Shown: positions 13,700 through 24,711 of the stretch, piece by piece
Layout of the letters: each line of letters starts with the position of its first letter
How positions within the stretch are numbered: position 1 is the first letter of the stretch
Assembly (NCBI GenBank): GCA_038496445.1
Contig: JALMLS010000440.1
Location: forward strand, 124,001 to 188,000
Reading direction: 5' to 3'
DNA length: 64,000 bases
Source: Trichosphaerium sp. ATCC 40318
Lineage: Eukaryota > Protista > Tubulinea
Program-made: the position numbers and the translations under genes
Notes under the pieces: model-generated
Seen by the model: the letters and a program-made list of their open reading frames with translations, nothing else
Database searches by the model: none
Told to the model about the DNA's origin: nothing

Positions 13700-13886
13700 A
13701 GTATAGCCCAGAAGCTAAGTCATTAAAAAAAATAAAAGCCTTACAACAGTAAGAGTTGACAAATTTATGACAGTATAAATAATAAGTAGTTTACTGACGT
13801 TTGAAAAGTGAGGTAGTTGTTTAAGTACGGTAGTATCGTAAACAACATCAGCAAGTAGCAGTTCTATACAAAAGGCAGATTACAAT

Positions 13887-14506
13887 TCAAAAAGGTTTTG
13901 TGTTTGAAGCTCCAAAAAAGTGAGTGTATTCAAGTTCTCCATTTTCAAACCATCTTTTTCCTTCACCTTGTACTCTACCTCCAACGTACATAAACTGGCA
14001 CATAAGTTGTCCATTAGAGTGCCATTCCTTGAAAGCGCCTTGTCCTTTGCCTTTAACAAATCTAACCTCTTTCTTCAGCTGGCCACTCTCATACCATTCC
14101 TTGTCCTCACCATGCCGTTTGTTGTCAACCCACATACTTTGCCAACTTAGCTGTCCATTTTCATGCCATTCCTTAAACTCACCATTTATTTTACCATTAA
14201 TCTTAAAGTAATGACTCTTACGTCTTCCACTCTTGTACCACTCTTTATGTAACCCATTCACTACATACAAATGAGTGTGTACCTCTCCAGTTTTATACCA
14301 CTTTATCCATAACCCTTTTCTTTTCAAAGTTTCATTAAAGTGAGTATTAATTGCTGCCGTCTTTGACAGAGTGTGAAATTTTGTGAATGCTTCCCTTGTG
14401 AAAGTAGAAATATACTCTTGAAGTTCACGTGGAATACCTAGTAGACCCAAAGAACCATTTTTGTGAGACCTTAAAGAAAAAAATGTCAGTCTTAACCAAC
14501 GTACAT
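13887..14506 (-). CDS. F-box-like N-terminus + MORN2 (YwqK-like) repeat protein
   Basis: LLGIPRELQEYI motif followed by repeats of GxxKEW(Y/H)xNGQL. The ATG is probably split AT|G by a 35-nt intron (14470-14504). Confidence 0.75.
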
Positions 14507-14828
14507 TATAATTGTTCAAATAGGCTATGGATTAAACCTCATTGTATGTAAGAAAACCACTTGTGATTATTACCGTACATGACAATAGCGTATTCAGATC
14601 AAAAGCTAAATATTTATCCAACCTTAGCTTTGAAAGTTGTAATAGTACGCTTTTTATCTTCTTCCAGTTGCTGTTGTAGTTTAACGCGAATATATAGTGT
14701 AACAATTACAACACGCGCGATGAATTCAGCTTTGACAAAAAAACGTTGTGGTTGAAGTAACATGACCACGTGATAAATTAAGATCCATATTTTAAGTAAA
14801 TAACGGGGCGGCATTGCCAAACGCGCTA

Positions 14829-15411
14829 ATGGCTGAGGAACTAACGAACCTGTACCAACACTTTAACAAGGCTCTCAAAATACAAACAGAATTAGTTGTG
14901 AAGCAGACAAAAGAGCTTGAAGCATCTAAAAAGCAGTTTGAAAACGAAAAACTACAAATGGCTTCAAAAACGACCAAAGAGGATGTGATAGAACTAAACG
15001 TTGGCGGCACACTCATGACAACCACACGACGTACTTTATGTGTTGTTCAAGGATCAATGCTTGAAATCATGTTCAGTGGGCGTTGGGAGGGTAAACACAC
15101 TCTCGACAAGAATGGTATCATCTTTTTAGATGTTGACCCAGAGTACTTTACAGTCATTCTACGATCTCTCAGATCAGCTTCAATGCAACCTGGAGAACCA
15201 CTTCATAAAGTGATTGAACTGAAGAATGTTGACAAAGACTTTTCGGCACTTGTTGATTACTTTGGTATCATTCCTGCTCTAGTGAGCCTTCCTTTGACTG
15301 ATTCGTTTTCTGCTGATACTTCAGTTGGCGAAATTTTAGTTGAACCAACTCTTGTTCAAAAGCTTATGATTTCTGGGCATTGTGCTGCATTTGGATCTAA
15401 TAGTTTCGAAA
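14829..15411 (+). pseudogene. 5' half of a second BTB-SPRY copy, cut at the inversion breakpoint (ORF reads on to 15482 in antisense MORN-gene sequence)
   Basis: Near-identical to 1304-721 up to tctaatagtttcgaaa, where homology stops abruptly. Confidence 0.85.
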
Positions 15412-15680
15412 TACACGTGACTTGTAATTTGTTGGGTATTGGTTTCACGTTCTTTTTTAATCCATTTCCCGTGTTTATTTAACTCACTATCAAACCTTGT
15501 TGTTATCGCTGTGTATTTTGATAACAAAGACCACTTTTGATAAACTTCAAAGCTTAAATCAACGAAATCAAGATGTAGTTCAAAAGGAAGACACAAAAGA
15601 AGACATTTCTTGGATATTATCTTAAAACTAGTTAGTCATAGTATGGCGTGATGAAACAGTACGTTGCATGTAGATGTCAT
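15408..15680 (-). pseudogene. 5' half of an F-box-like/MORN2 gene lying inside the inversion
   Basis: MTSTCN, a 42-nt intron (15621-15662, ACTAAC branch), then IISKKCLLLCLPFELHLDFV...LNKHGKWIK. Paralogous to 13887-14506 and 17071. Confidence 0.8.
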
Positions 15681-16030
15681 TTTTGAAGTTAATAAGATGT
15701 ATATGGCGTATTTAACAGATAACTAAAACAAGTCATTCAAAGTAAACAACTTTTTTTGCGAGCCTCTTTTGTTACTTACATTAGCTTATTGTAATACATT
15801 ATTTAAGTCATATGTTGTCTTATTCAACTACATACCTTTACTTTGTTCTTAATTTGTTGAGGATCCAAGTAAACAAACTTAATGAGGTGGAGAGTACCAG
15901 TGAAATGTAGGAATTCATTATTAGTCAATTAACTTAAAAATGGATTGAACCAAAAAGTCACATGTATTTGTAAACAAGTAAAGATTACCAATATGGTGTC
16001 TAGTTCTTCAACGTGTATGTTATAACATTG

Positions 16031-16368
16031 CTAGGACCGACTGGTGTTTAGAAGTTGTACATAGTCAGTAGTATATTGTAAGTTAACATGTAAACGCCAT
16101 GTGCCTTTTGGAATATCAATGCGAAATACTGTATTGTTGAGCACCATTTTAAGCTCCCTCTCTGTAAGTGTCAAGGTCACTGTATCATCTTTGAATGTTG
16201 TTAAACCCGGGCAACGCTTTCTAGAACCTCTAGCATATTCATGTTTTCTGTTCCAACCAAACGCACCCTTGCTATTGAAAGAAGTCCGTGTTGTTGGAGG
16301 TTGATCAGTGCTACAAACAGCCAATCGCTTGTTCCATGTATCTTGAGCGTCCATGTTACATTGCTTTC
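16031..16368 (-). pseudogene. 3' (SPRY) half of the second BTB-SPRY copy, inside the inversion, with a net 7-nt deletion frameshift
   Basis: Matches 381-725. There are 32 nt rather than 39 nt between the WLF and SF codons. Confidence 0.85.
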
Positions 16369-16806
16369 AAAAATGGTAAACGTAACGGAGATGCAAATAG
16401 TTGGTTTGAAAATGGCCAATTATTGGCTCAAAAGCAGTTTGTAAATGATAAACAACAAGGAGAGTTCAATAGGTTCTACAAGGATGGCCAATTGATGCAA
16501 AGTACTAATTACAAAGATGATAAACTACATGGAGAGTTTGAGTGGTTATACAATGATGGTAAATTATGTATAAAATGTATGTATTCCAATGGTGTACTAG
16601 AAGGAGATTCCAAGTCTTGGTATACCAATGGACAATTGAAACAGCAAAGCAATTATGTGGATAGTGAATATGAAGGGGAGTACAGATGTTGGTATAACAA
16701 CGGACAATTGAAACAGCAAAGAAATTATGTGGATGGTAAACTTGAAGGAGATTCCAAGTGCTGGTATTCAAATGGGCGATTGAAGACACTATCAAGTTTT
16801 GTTTGA
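16369..16806 (+). pseudogene. 3' MORN2-repeat half of the inversion-split F-box/MORN gene (still an open frame)
   Basis: Six 24-aa repeats of the type EGxxKxWYxNGQLKQQxNYVDG, with no start of its own. Confidence 0.8.
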
Positions 16807-17070
16807 TGGTATTGGTAAACTTGAATAAACCTTTAATAAACCAGCATTTCTAGTACCAACCCAAAAAGTGAATGGCAGCAAGTGAAGCAGGTTTATTTGG
16901 AGAGCGAACAAATAGAATTTTAACTGAATCTTCAGCGAGTATATGTTGTGGCTTAACTTGTCATAACATTACCGTATGGTAGCTCACTGCTGAATAAGAG
17001 TTATAAAAAAGGGTAATGGAGTTGAACTTGAAGTAAAAGTTGTATTGATACTTACAATGATTAATAGGAG

Positions 17071-17280
17071 ATGAGCTCTTCAAAATCGCAGTCTTGTTAC
17101 TTGTTAAACCTTCCAGTAGAGCTTCAGCTTGATATCATTGACTTGGCCATTAACGTGTACATACAATGGCCAATTCTTTGTAAACAGTCAGCAATGAGCA
17201 CAAGGTTTGATGACAAGCTTGATAAACACGGAAAGTGGATCCGGATACTTCATCAAGCTGAAGAGAAATTCACTAAAAAG
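17071..17280 (+). pseudogene. F-box-like N-terminal part of another family member, lacking MORN repeats
   Basis: LLNLPVELQLDII...TRFDDKLDKHGKWIR aligns with LLCLPFELHLDFV...TRFDSELNKHGKWIK. Similarity then ends. Confidence 0.65.
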
Positions 17281-17494
17281 GTAATTCCAAACCTAACCCT
17301 ATTTTTTTTTTATCTACACACTCAATCAACAATTGTCGGCAATGTTGAAAAAAAAGGCGTGTGTTCACACTCTGTTGGTGCAGTTTTTGGAACCCTTTTT
17401 AAAAAACAGTAATTTATCACATTCTTAATTGTTTTGATTTTTATTCAAACCACTTATCCTGTGTTTTAGCGTGAATGTCATTGGGTACATGGTA

Positions 17495-17838
17495 TTAAAT
17501 GGGAGATGAGGCCCTTTACTTAACTCAATAAGAGGTCCGCATCTAACGGAAACATCAGTTTAAACGCCAAAACAAGCAAGCGACATCATTCTGTCGTTGC
17601 TAAGCCTCAAAACAAGCTTGTGCACTCAGAGTTTGTTAACACGAACCTATATGCAACACAAGCTTCCCCGTCAGGTACTTTAAGGTTGACTATTTCTGTC
17701 TTATAAGGAGAGTACTGAAAAGAAAAAATGAGATTGTACAAAAATGTTGGTTTGTTGCTTTGGTACCTTGAACATCTCCAATGCTCTAGCCTTTGGTACC
17801 ACCAAACGTTCAAACTTTTGATTCTCCTTAATGATTAT
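17495..17838 (-). pseudogene. Orphan three-exon fragment of the threonyl-tRNA synthetase N2 (editing) domain
   Basis: Spliced translation IIIKENQKFERLVVPKARALEMFK|YSPYKTEIVNLKVPDGEACVAYR|CGPLIELSKGPHLP resembles eukaryotic ThrRS (..FERL..EMFKYN.FK..VYRCGPLIDLCRGPH). No flanking ThrRS exons are seen. Confidence 0.7.
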
Positions 17839-18913
17839 TCGATTGAGTACAAATGTTAAAACCAGGTCTTTCGTCATGTTGATTTTAGCTTAGACTAATA
17901 ACTCCCTGTGGAGTCGGGACTAAAAGTGAAACCTGTAGTTCAAACCTTCTTTTCATATTGCTGTGTGCACACGCAAACTCATACAACATGTTTTATCTAT
18001 TGCATCTACTGGAGTTCACGCAAGTATTTGCCTTAATTTGCGCTAAGGCATGCTCACATTTTGACATCTAACACGTGCTGCTGCTAAATGGAACTTAGAG
18101 GCATAAAATAACAATAATAACATTTGGTGTATCCATAGGAGGTAATATTAGGCGTAATTTCGCTTTTGGCGTCATTTATTTTTGTAACTTCTTCTAAGCA
18201 CCTTTAGACCCAACTATCCGCTATTAAATAGGGTATTTCGGTGATACCGCCAAAATTACCCGCCAAGGAGCCTTAATTTTAAGTAGCACGCCGATTCTAG
18301 GTTACAAACCTTAATCAAGGCACGTTAATAAGTGTAGATGTCTTTTTCGGTTGTTTTTGAATACAGTGGTTGAAAAACAAATCAAATTTCTTTGAGCCAA
18401 TTTTTTGCAATCTGGTTGAGTCAGCTGAAAGATTCACTACACAAGTGCTGTAAATGTTCCTAACGTTCACAGCACTTGTTGTGGGACGTATTTTAGTTGC
18501 CACAGCGAGTGGCTCACTCACTTTAAATAAGAAAAGTATGAGTAATTTAGTTGCAATACATTTAAGTAATTTTGTTTTGAAGTCTTCCTCCTTTCTGCTT
18601 CCTGGCGTATATAACACTTCTATTTTACAAATCTCAACTTATCACATTTATTTTCCCTCAGTATTCTGCGTTGAGACCTTCTTAGAGAGCTCAAAACCTG
18701 TTTGCAACCAAAAACTTTACAAAATTCCTGAGCTTTACAGGTTACCTCGCTTTATCGGGCTAATTTAAATCTCCCTTCATTATGTCTCCGAATACTTGTG
18801 CAAACGCTCTGTAACCAATTTTAAGTATAAATCTTGTCTAAATCACGTGTGATCTTACGAAAACATTTTTAATTGAATTTTTTTTTAACGCTTTTCTTAA
18901 CGTCAATTGTTAG

Positions 18914-21295
18914 ATGATGACTCGTTCGAAAACAAGGGCTGCAGCTAAAAAGTCTAGTTCCTTAGAACCAGAAGAACCAATTGAGAGTACGTACACAAAA
19001 CCTGAATTCAACGCGAGTCTTTTAATTAAGCAAAAATTATACTGCGCACATGGCAAGCAACGGTTTCCAACTAACTTACAAAGTAGCTTTGACTCTTCAA
19101 AAGTTGAAAGAAAAGTCATACAAGCAACTGAAAGCTATAGCGAATGATATACAGCTCAATGTGAGCGCCGTTTCAAAGGACACCTTGGCCGAGAAGATTT
19201 TCTACTCTACACGTACGCTTTTCACCTTTACCAGGTTTATCACATCAAACTTGTTTTTTATCTTATCAATCTAATTTTTTTTGTAGATAAAAGAACAGAG
19301 AAACAGCGCTCTATGGAGGGCCCAGCAGCTTTCAGCGAAGATGCACAGCGTAGAGCTGAGAATCAATTGTTGTCACAGGATTTGGTACGCGCTATGATTG
19401 CGGAGTCTGCTCGCGAGGCTAGGTCTGAATTCAATTCGAAAATACTGCAAATGAACATAGAACTTGAAGACCTACACACGAAACGTAAGGCTGATAAAGA
19501 GCTAATGGGCCGACTCGCCAAAAGGTGTAAGGCCACTGAGCAAACGGTGCTACATATAAATTTGTCACAGCGATCTCAGACGTTGTCAACGTACATAGAA
19601 CAAAGTACCTACCTGCTAACACTCCTAACAAATGCCACTAACAAATATCTTTTAGTTGAGCTTACAATCGGCAAGCGTTTCCTCGCTGTCGCTCTAACCC
19701 TTAAAGACGAGTTTGTTAGTACTGTCGTTAAAGTTCCTAAGGGCTTTTTACGAAAGAATGGGAAGTTACAAAAAAGCTGGGAGAAGGAGAAGGATTTCAA
19801 TGAAGATCTTCATTGTTGGTTTGCCAAACAGGAAAATGCTTTGCCATTTTTGAAAATTTATGACACGCACCTAAAGCCGTGTACTACGACAGGCACAAAA
19901 GACGTGTCAACCTCAAAACCTGACTTGTCTGTGCTACCTAAAGACACGTTTATTTTTGGAGTGTTACGGATAAGAACATATCACATGGCTTTAGTTTTGG
20001 AGCTAAAAGCTGGCAGTACGACAACTTTTTTTTCTGGTTTTTTTCCGTTCCTTTAACTTACTCATTTTCTTCAGATTCGTTCAGTACTACATCTGTAGGG
20101 CAAGCAGTAAAGTATGGGTTAACCATACTGCGTTCCCAAAAGCTTCGAACATTTGTGTATGTAGTACTTATGAACTACTCAAAAGTGATGATTATGAAAA
20201 TTGTCATGGAACAAGATGATGTTGTTCCATGGTATTACAAAGATATTATCCCATACAACAAAGGTGGCTTGAAACACCTATTTCAAGTTCTTCACCAATC
20301 GCCAGAAACCCTCGGCTATGTCACAAAGTTCTTCTACTACAAGAACCAAAGATATTCTCCTGAAAGATGTTGTGGCATCAGTTCATTTGCTACAGTCTAT
20401 GGTGTACCTGTTTCAGATGGTGAGGAAGGTATCCAAATAGTAGCAATAAAGGAGTTCAAAGACCTTCCTAATGTAAAGAATATGATAAAGAAGGAAGCAA
20501 GATATATGAACATCCTCGAGACACTTGACACTGTCCCAAAAGTGGTATGTTTTTTTTTCTTCGAAGTCTTTCCGTTCTAATTGTTTGTTAGCTCCAATGT
20601 ACGAACAAAACCATTGTAATGCAACCTGTTGGTACAAAGATTTACAACTTGGCAAGTATTCCAAACATCCAGGATTGGATTCGTCAAGTTGTAGAAACAC
20701 TTCGATTAGCACACAAGCGAGGGTTTATTCATCGGTGAGTTCAGTTTTGTTTTTCTTATTTGACATTTTCTTACATAATTTTAGGGATATCTCAACATCT
20801 AACATCCTGTTGTTTGAAGAAAAAGCTCTTGTCATCGATTGGGGAGCTGCTGTAGATATAGATACGGATGTGCTAACTGGAGGTGGATTTAAATACTGCA
20901 ATCTGCTCGTTTTGGAGAATTATGATCCGACAGTGATGATCTCTTATAGCGCTACCCATGACTTGTTCTCCTTTGTTCGTGTACTAATATACATGAAACT
21001 TATCCCGCAATGCCAAAGGGAAATAGATATAGCCTACACAGAATGGGTAGACGCCTTAAAGAGATACAGTTACGGTGCAGAAAAAGAAGTTGTAAAACGC
21101 AAGGCTTTTATAAACTGTTGGCAAAATAACACAAGTGCTCATACTTGGGATCCTAGCTTTGCTAAAGCATATGACGGAGACTATGATGGATTAATAGAGC
21201 AACTGTGTTTAGTTTTCGGAGGAGTTATTAAGCGCTGTGTTCATTGTAACTCTCAAGGATTTTGTAAACATAGAAGAGATAAATTTACAAAATAA
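18914..21295 (+). CDS. HeH/SAP-like + coiled coil + PD-(D/E)xK nuclease-like + protein kinase (Crinkler/CR-effector or FunK1-like architecture)
   Basis: LKEKSYKQLKAIANDIQLNVSAVSKDTLAEKI; KPDLSV..VLELK..VGQAVKY; kinase GISSFATVY, VAIKEF, spliced FIHR|DISTSNIL, IDWGAA and HDLFSF. Confidence 0.75.
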
Positions 21296-21737
21296 ATTCA
21301 GAACTGCTTTGCCTTTGTGTTGCACTAACGCCTTGATTTCAAACTCGTTGTACAAAACATGTAGTTAGTTACGTATAAGTGCTAGACAACTACTATACAG
21401 CTAAGGTTGTAACGAAAGTGTTCTTTCTAAGTTCACTGAATTTGTACAAATCAACTTTCAAGCTTCTTGGTGTTTTTTTTTTCAATCTTGCCTCTTTTTG
21501 AATTTCTTTACGCCTTTTCAGCTATGAGAGTGTGAAATAAAGTTATTTTCACGTGGTAGGGTAAACTAATTCTCCTATTGATCATGTACTCTACATAGTA
21601 AGTTGCAACGTGTTACAACCACCATAGATATACACAAATTGGACAACCACATGTTTTGTTTTACTGTTAAGGCAAACGTAACGAATCTTAATTCATTCGA
21701 TCGAAAACGAACGAAATAACAAGCCTACTATCTTACC

Positions 21738-22604
21738 ATGCAAAAAGTGAGTAAATACACGTATTTAGACAGCTCTTATTAACACGTGCAGATTTTGCTT
21801 GCGATGATTGCTTTCATTCTTTGTAGTGTAGCTCTTGGAGGTATCTACAAGGCTACTGGTGGCGTAAGGCAATTCGAAAAAGGTAATCCATGTGCACAGG
21901 ACTACGCATGGTTTATAGAGCAAGCCAATAAGAAAGGTTAGACCCTTTGTAACTAATATCAAAACGGTATTAAAGAGGGTCAATATAAAGAGTGGCATAA
22001 AAATGGTCAATTGAGATATGACTATTATTACCTCAATGGTGATATTAATGGACCATACAAAGCGTTTCGCAACAATGGACAATTAAAAATGTCTTGTCAC
22101 TACATCAATATTAACGGTAAACCCAAACTACAAGGGCAACGCAAAAGCTGGTATGTAAGTGGTCAATTATGCGAACAATCAAACTACATTAATGGTAACC
22201 GTGAGGGAGAGTCGAAACACTGGTATAGATTTGGTCTACTTTACGAGCAATGTCAATTTGCCAATGACAAACTTAATGGAGAGAAGAAGTCTTGGCATAT
22301 GAACGGACAACTATTACGCAAGTGCCATTATACTAATGGTAAACGAGAAGGAGAGTACAGAGCGTGGTATAATAATGGGCAATTAAAGAAGGTGTGCCAA
22401 TATGTCAATGATAAATAAGAAGGAGAGTACACTAGTTGGTATGAAAACGGAAAATTGTACGAAAAGTGCATGTATGTCAATGATAAACGAGAAGGAGAGT
22501 ACAAAAAGTGGAACGAGAATGGTATTGACAACACAAAGATAGAATGGCGCTTTTATATTGATGGTAAGTGCTCTGATAAAGGCACTGATTACAGGGCTTA
22601 TTAA
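21738..22604 (+). pseudogene. MORN2-repeat sequence (21957-22604) with an internal TAA at 22416-22418, preceded by signal-peptide-coding exons
   Basis: The repeats continue in frame past the stop to TAA 22602-22604. Upstream exons MQK|ILLAMIAFILCSVALG... can splice in frame through 21937-21975. Confidence 0.6.
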
Positions 22605-22666
22605 GAAAGAAACGAAGTACTTATTTCTGCGACAAGACATTCTTTGTTTGTTTGGTTCTTTTCGCT

Positions 22667-23940
22667 TCATGAGCCTATCAATGAGAGCAGCTTAGATGGT
22701 GTACGCTTAAGTTTAGGGTTATTCACTATCATTGTACCAATACTATTGGTCCTATAAATAAACCTTGTCAATGGAGAGTACTTAACAGTTTTTTGCAAAT
22801 ACTTATTTTTAAAGTACCTGATGAGACGAGGTCTCTTTTTCTTTCCTTTTACAGTGAACACACTACCACGCTTTTTCTTTACTTTGACATTTGACATGTG
22901 GATCTTATGTTTGTCGTGTTCAATTGTATTACGAACAATAAACTTAACAACAATCACTTGTTTTTCTTGACCGATTCTAAGAAAGAAAAGGAATTTGTAA
23001 GAAACCAGTTTAAAGTGTAGGGAAATAAACTATGTACCTATAAGCACGACTAATAGCCTGACCTTCAGTGGCTTCGGCTTCAGTTTTTGAACTAGATACG
23101 GGATCTGAAATGTATAAGTAAAAAAGTAGTGTGCACAAAAAAACTTACCAATAAGCACAACATATTCGGCTTCAATAAGGTTTATACCACTTGCTGCAGT
23201 TTCGGAGGATAACAAAATTACCTTGAAAATACCATTGTGAAACTCTTCAATCGCTTGATTCTTTTGCTTAGCAGTTCTAAAAAGCAGATAAGCCACAAAG
23301 CCAAAGTAATAAAAAACCTGTAAATTTTTTTTCATACCCAGCTATTTTTGTTGCTAGAATGCCATTCTCAAACAAAAGGCGTGAAACCTGTGATAGTACT
23401 TTACTATACTTTGAAAAAATGATAACATGAACATCAGGTTCACGACGGAATAGATCAACCATGAAATATAAAATATGACCCAACTTTGTGCCGTAAATCA
23501 CTATAGCTTCCTCCAAGATTAAGTCTTTGAACCCAGTTGTAGGCATTGACTTGTTCTACAAGAGTTATTAGGTATAGCAAGGGTGATAAAATCAAACAAG
23601 TTATGTACTTCTGAATAAGTCCTCCTGCTCAATAATTTTAGCAAGTTTATCTCGTGCGTCTTTATCACTATCAAAAGAGATGAATCTAAAAGTAAGTGCT
23701 TCTTTCACTTTGTCAATTGGAGACTCCAATGGACCAATGTCATATAAAGGCAAAGCCTTTTGTTTAATACAGGATATATCCAAGTCCTTCTAAAGAGATT
23801 TGTGTATTAGCAAACAGTCATTGAAGAAAACTGGAAACCAAAAAAAAAAATACAACTTACTAGTGGCTTAACATTAGCCAAGATAAACTTTTCGAAGATT
23901 GGAATAGTTCGCCCAAGGTACGGTATTTCAGCTTTAATAG
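22667..23940 (-). pseudogene. 3' fragment of a RAD5/RAD16-like SNF2 helicase (helicase C-terminal domain only)
   Basis: YGTKL, VIIFSKY, VILLSSETAASGINLIEAEYVVLIDP, EGQAISRAYRIGQEKQVIVVKFIVRNTIE. There is no N-terminal ATPase half, an apparent frame break near 23495-23560, and the sequence switches to BTB-cassette DNA at about 23990. Confidence 0.7.
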
Positions 23941-23992
23941 CTTTGCCTTTTTTTTATAAGCGCTATTCAATGGAAGAAATGCTACAAACAAT

Positions 23993-24260
23993 TGTTTATA
24001 AATAAATTTGTATCTTTTTACTCTCCTACATTTCACCCATACTCTCCACCTCATTACATCTGTTTAAATTTAGGTATAGATAAGGCATGTGGTACAGTGC
24101 TGTTTAAAGATACTACAGTAACCTTGAAGCTCACAGAGAGGCAGCTTAAAATGGTTCTCGACAAAAAGGAATGGTGTATTGGCATTCCAAAAGGCTCTTG
24201 GCGTTTACGTTAATTTACACTAACGACTCTGTGGACCTGCTAGAATCTAATCAGTTATAG
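23993..24260 (+). pseudogene. Third BTB-SPRY remnant: 3'-flank DNA followed by a frameshifted SPRY C-terminus
   Basis: 23993-24090 matches the reverse complement of about 215-316. 24100-24260 encodes FKDTTVTLKLTERQLKMVL..IPKGSWRL. Confidence 0.7.
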
Positions 24261-24711
24261 AAATCTACTTACAGTGCCCTTTAGATAAGCAAAGACCTAT
24301 CTTTTGATCGAAGATGATAACAATTAATGTTGTGAATCATATCAAAATAAATACAACTTATTATTCAATCAAATTATGTTCAAAATCTTATACCTTCTTT
24401 AGGTGTTTATTAGACGCATGTAACTTAGATAATATTGTTCTAATATCATTAGCTGAACAATAACCCGTTAGTTGTTTTCCTCACCTGACAGCTTTTCAAT
24501 TGCCGTGCTACCTCACCTGTAAACTTGTTGTTGTACAACACAATTTGATTTTCGTATATTGCCGATCGCTGTTTTAACCTACTACTAGTGTACCCAATAT
24601 TAGTGTGAGCCATTATATTAAATGTGGGCCGACCCACTAGACCCGAAAAGGAGATTAAGCCGTAAATCAAAAAAGCATATTTTTTGGATCTAACTTCGGC
24701 AACAATAAACG

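Larger units (their letters stand above)
15408..16368. other. 961-bp inverted segment with GAAA/TTTC microhomology ends
   Basis: Reversing it restores SNSF-ESNVTW (BTB-SPRY) on the left and TSHVYF-KNGKRNG (F-box/MORN) on the right, both in frame with no nucleotide gained or lost. Confidence 0.9.

Noticed and set aside
18313-21338. Possible TIRs around the nuclease-kinase gene (aatcaaggcacgtta / taacgccttgatt)
   Set aside because: Only 13 matches with a 2-nt gap, no extension and no TSD.
22416-22418. In-frame TAA as a sign of a reassigned genetic code
   Set aside because: Conserved genes here (carrier, ZNF622, amidohydrolase) end in TAA and show no internal TAA/TAG, so a nonsense mutation is simpler.
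1-24300. Endogenous giant virus or autonomous transposon
   Set aside because: No capsid, polymerase, packaging ATPase, integrase, RT, DDE or Rep-helicase gene is visible in the window.
24620-24672. GC-rich hairpin plus 13-nt complementarity to an 18S rRNA motif (snoRNA?)
   Set aside because: No box C/D or H/ACA elements in the right positions.
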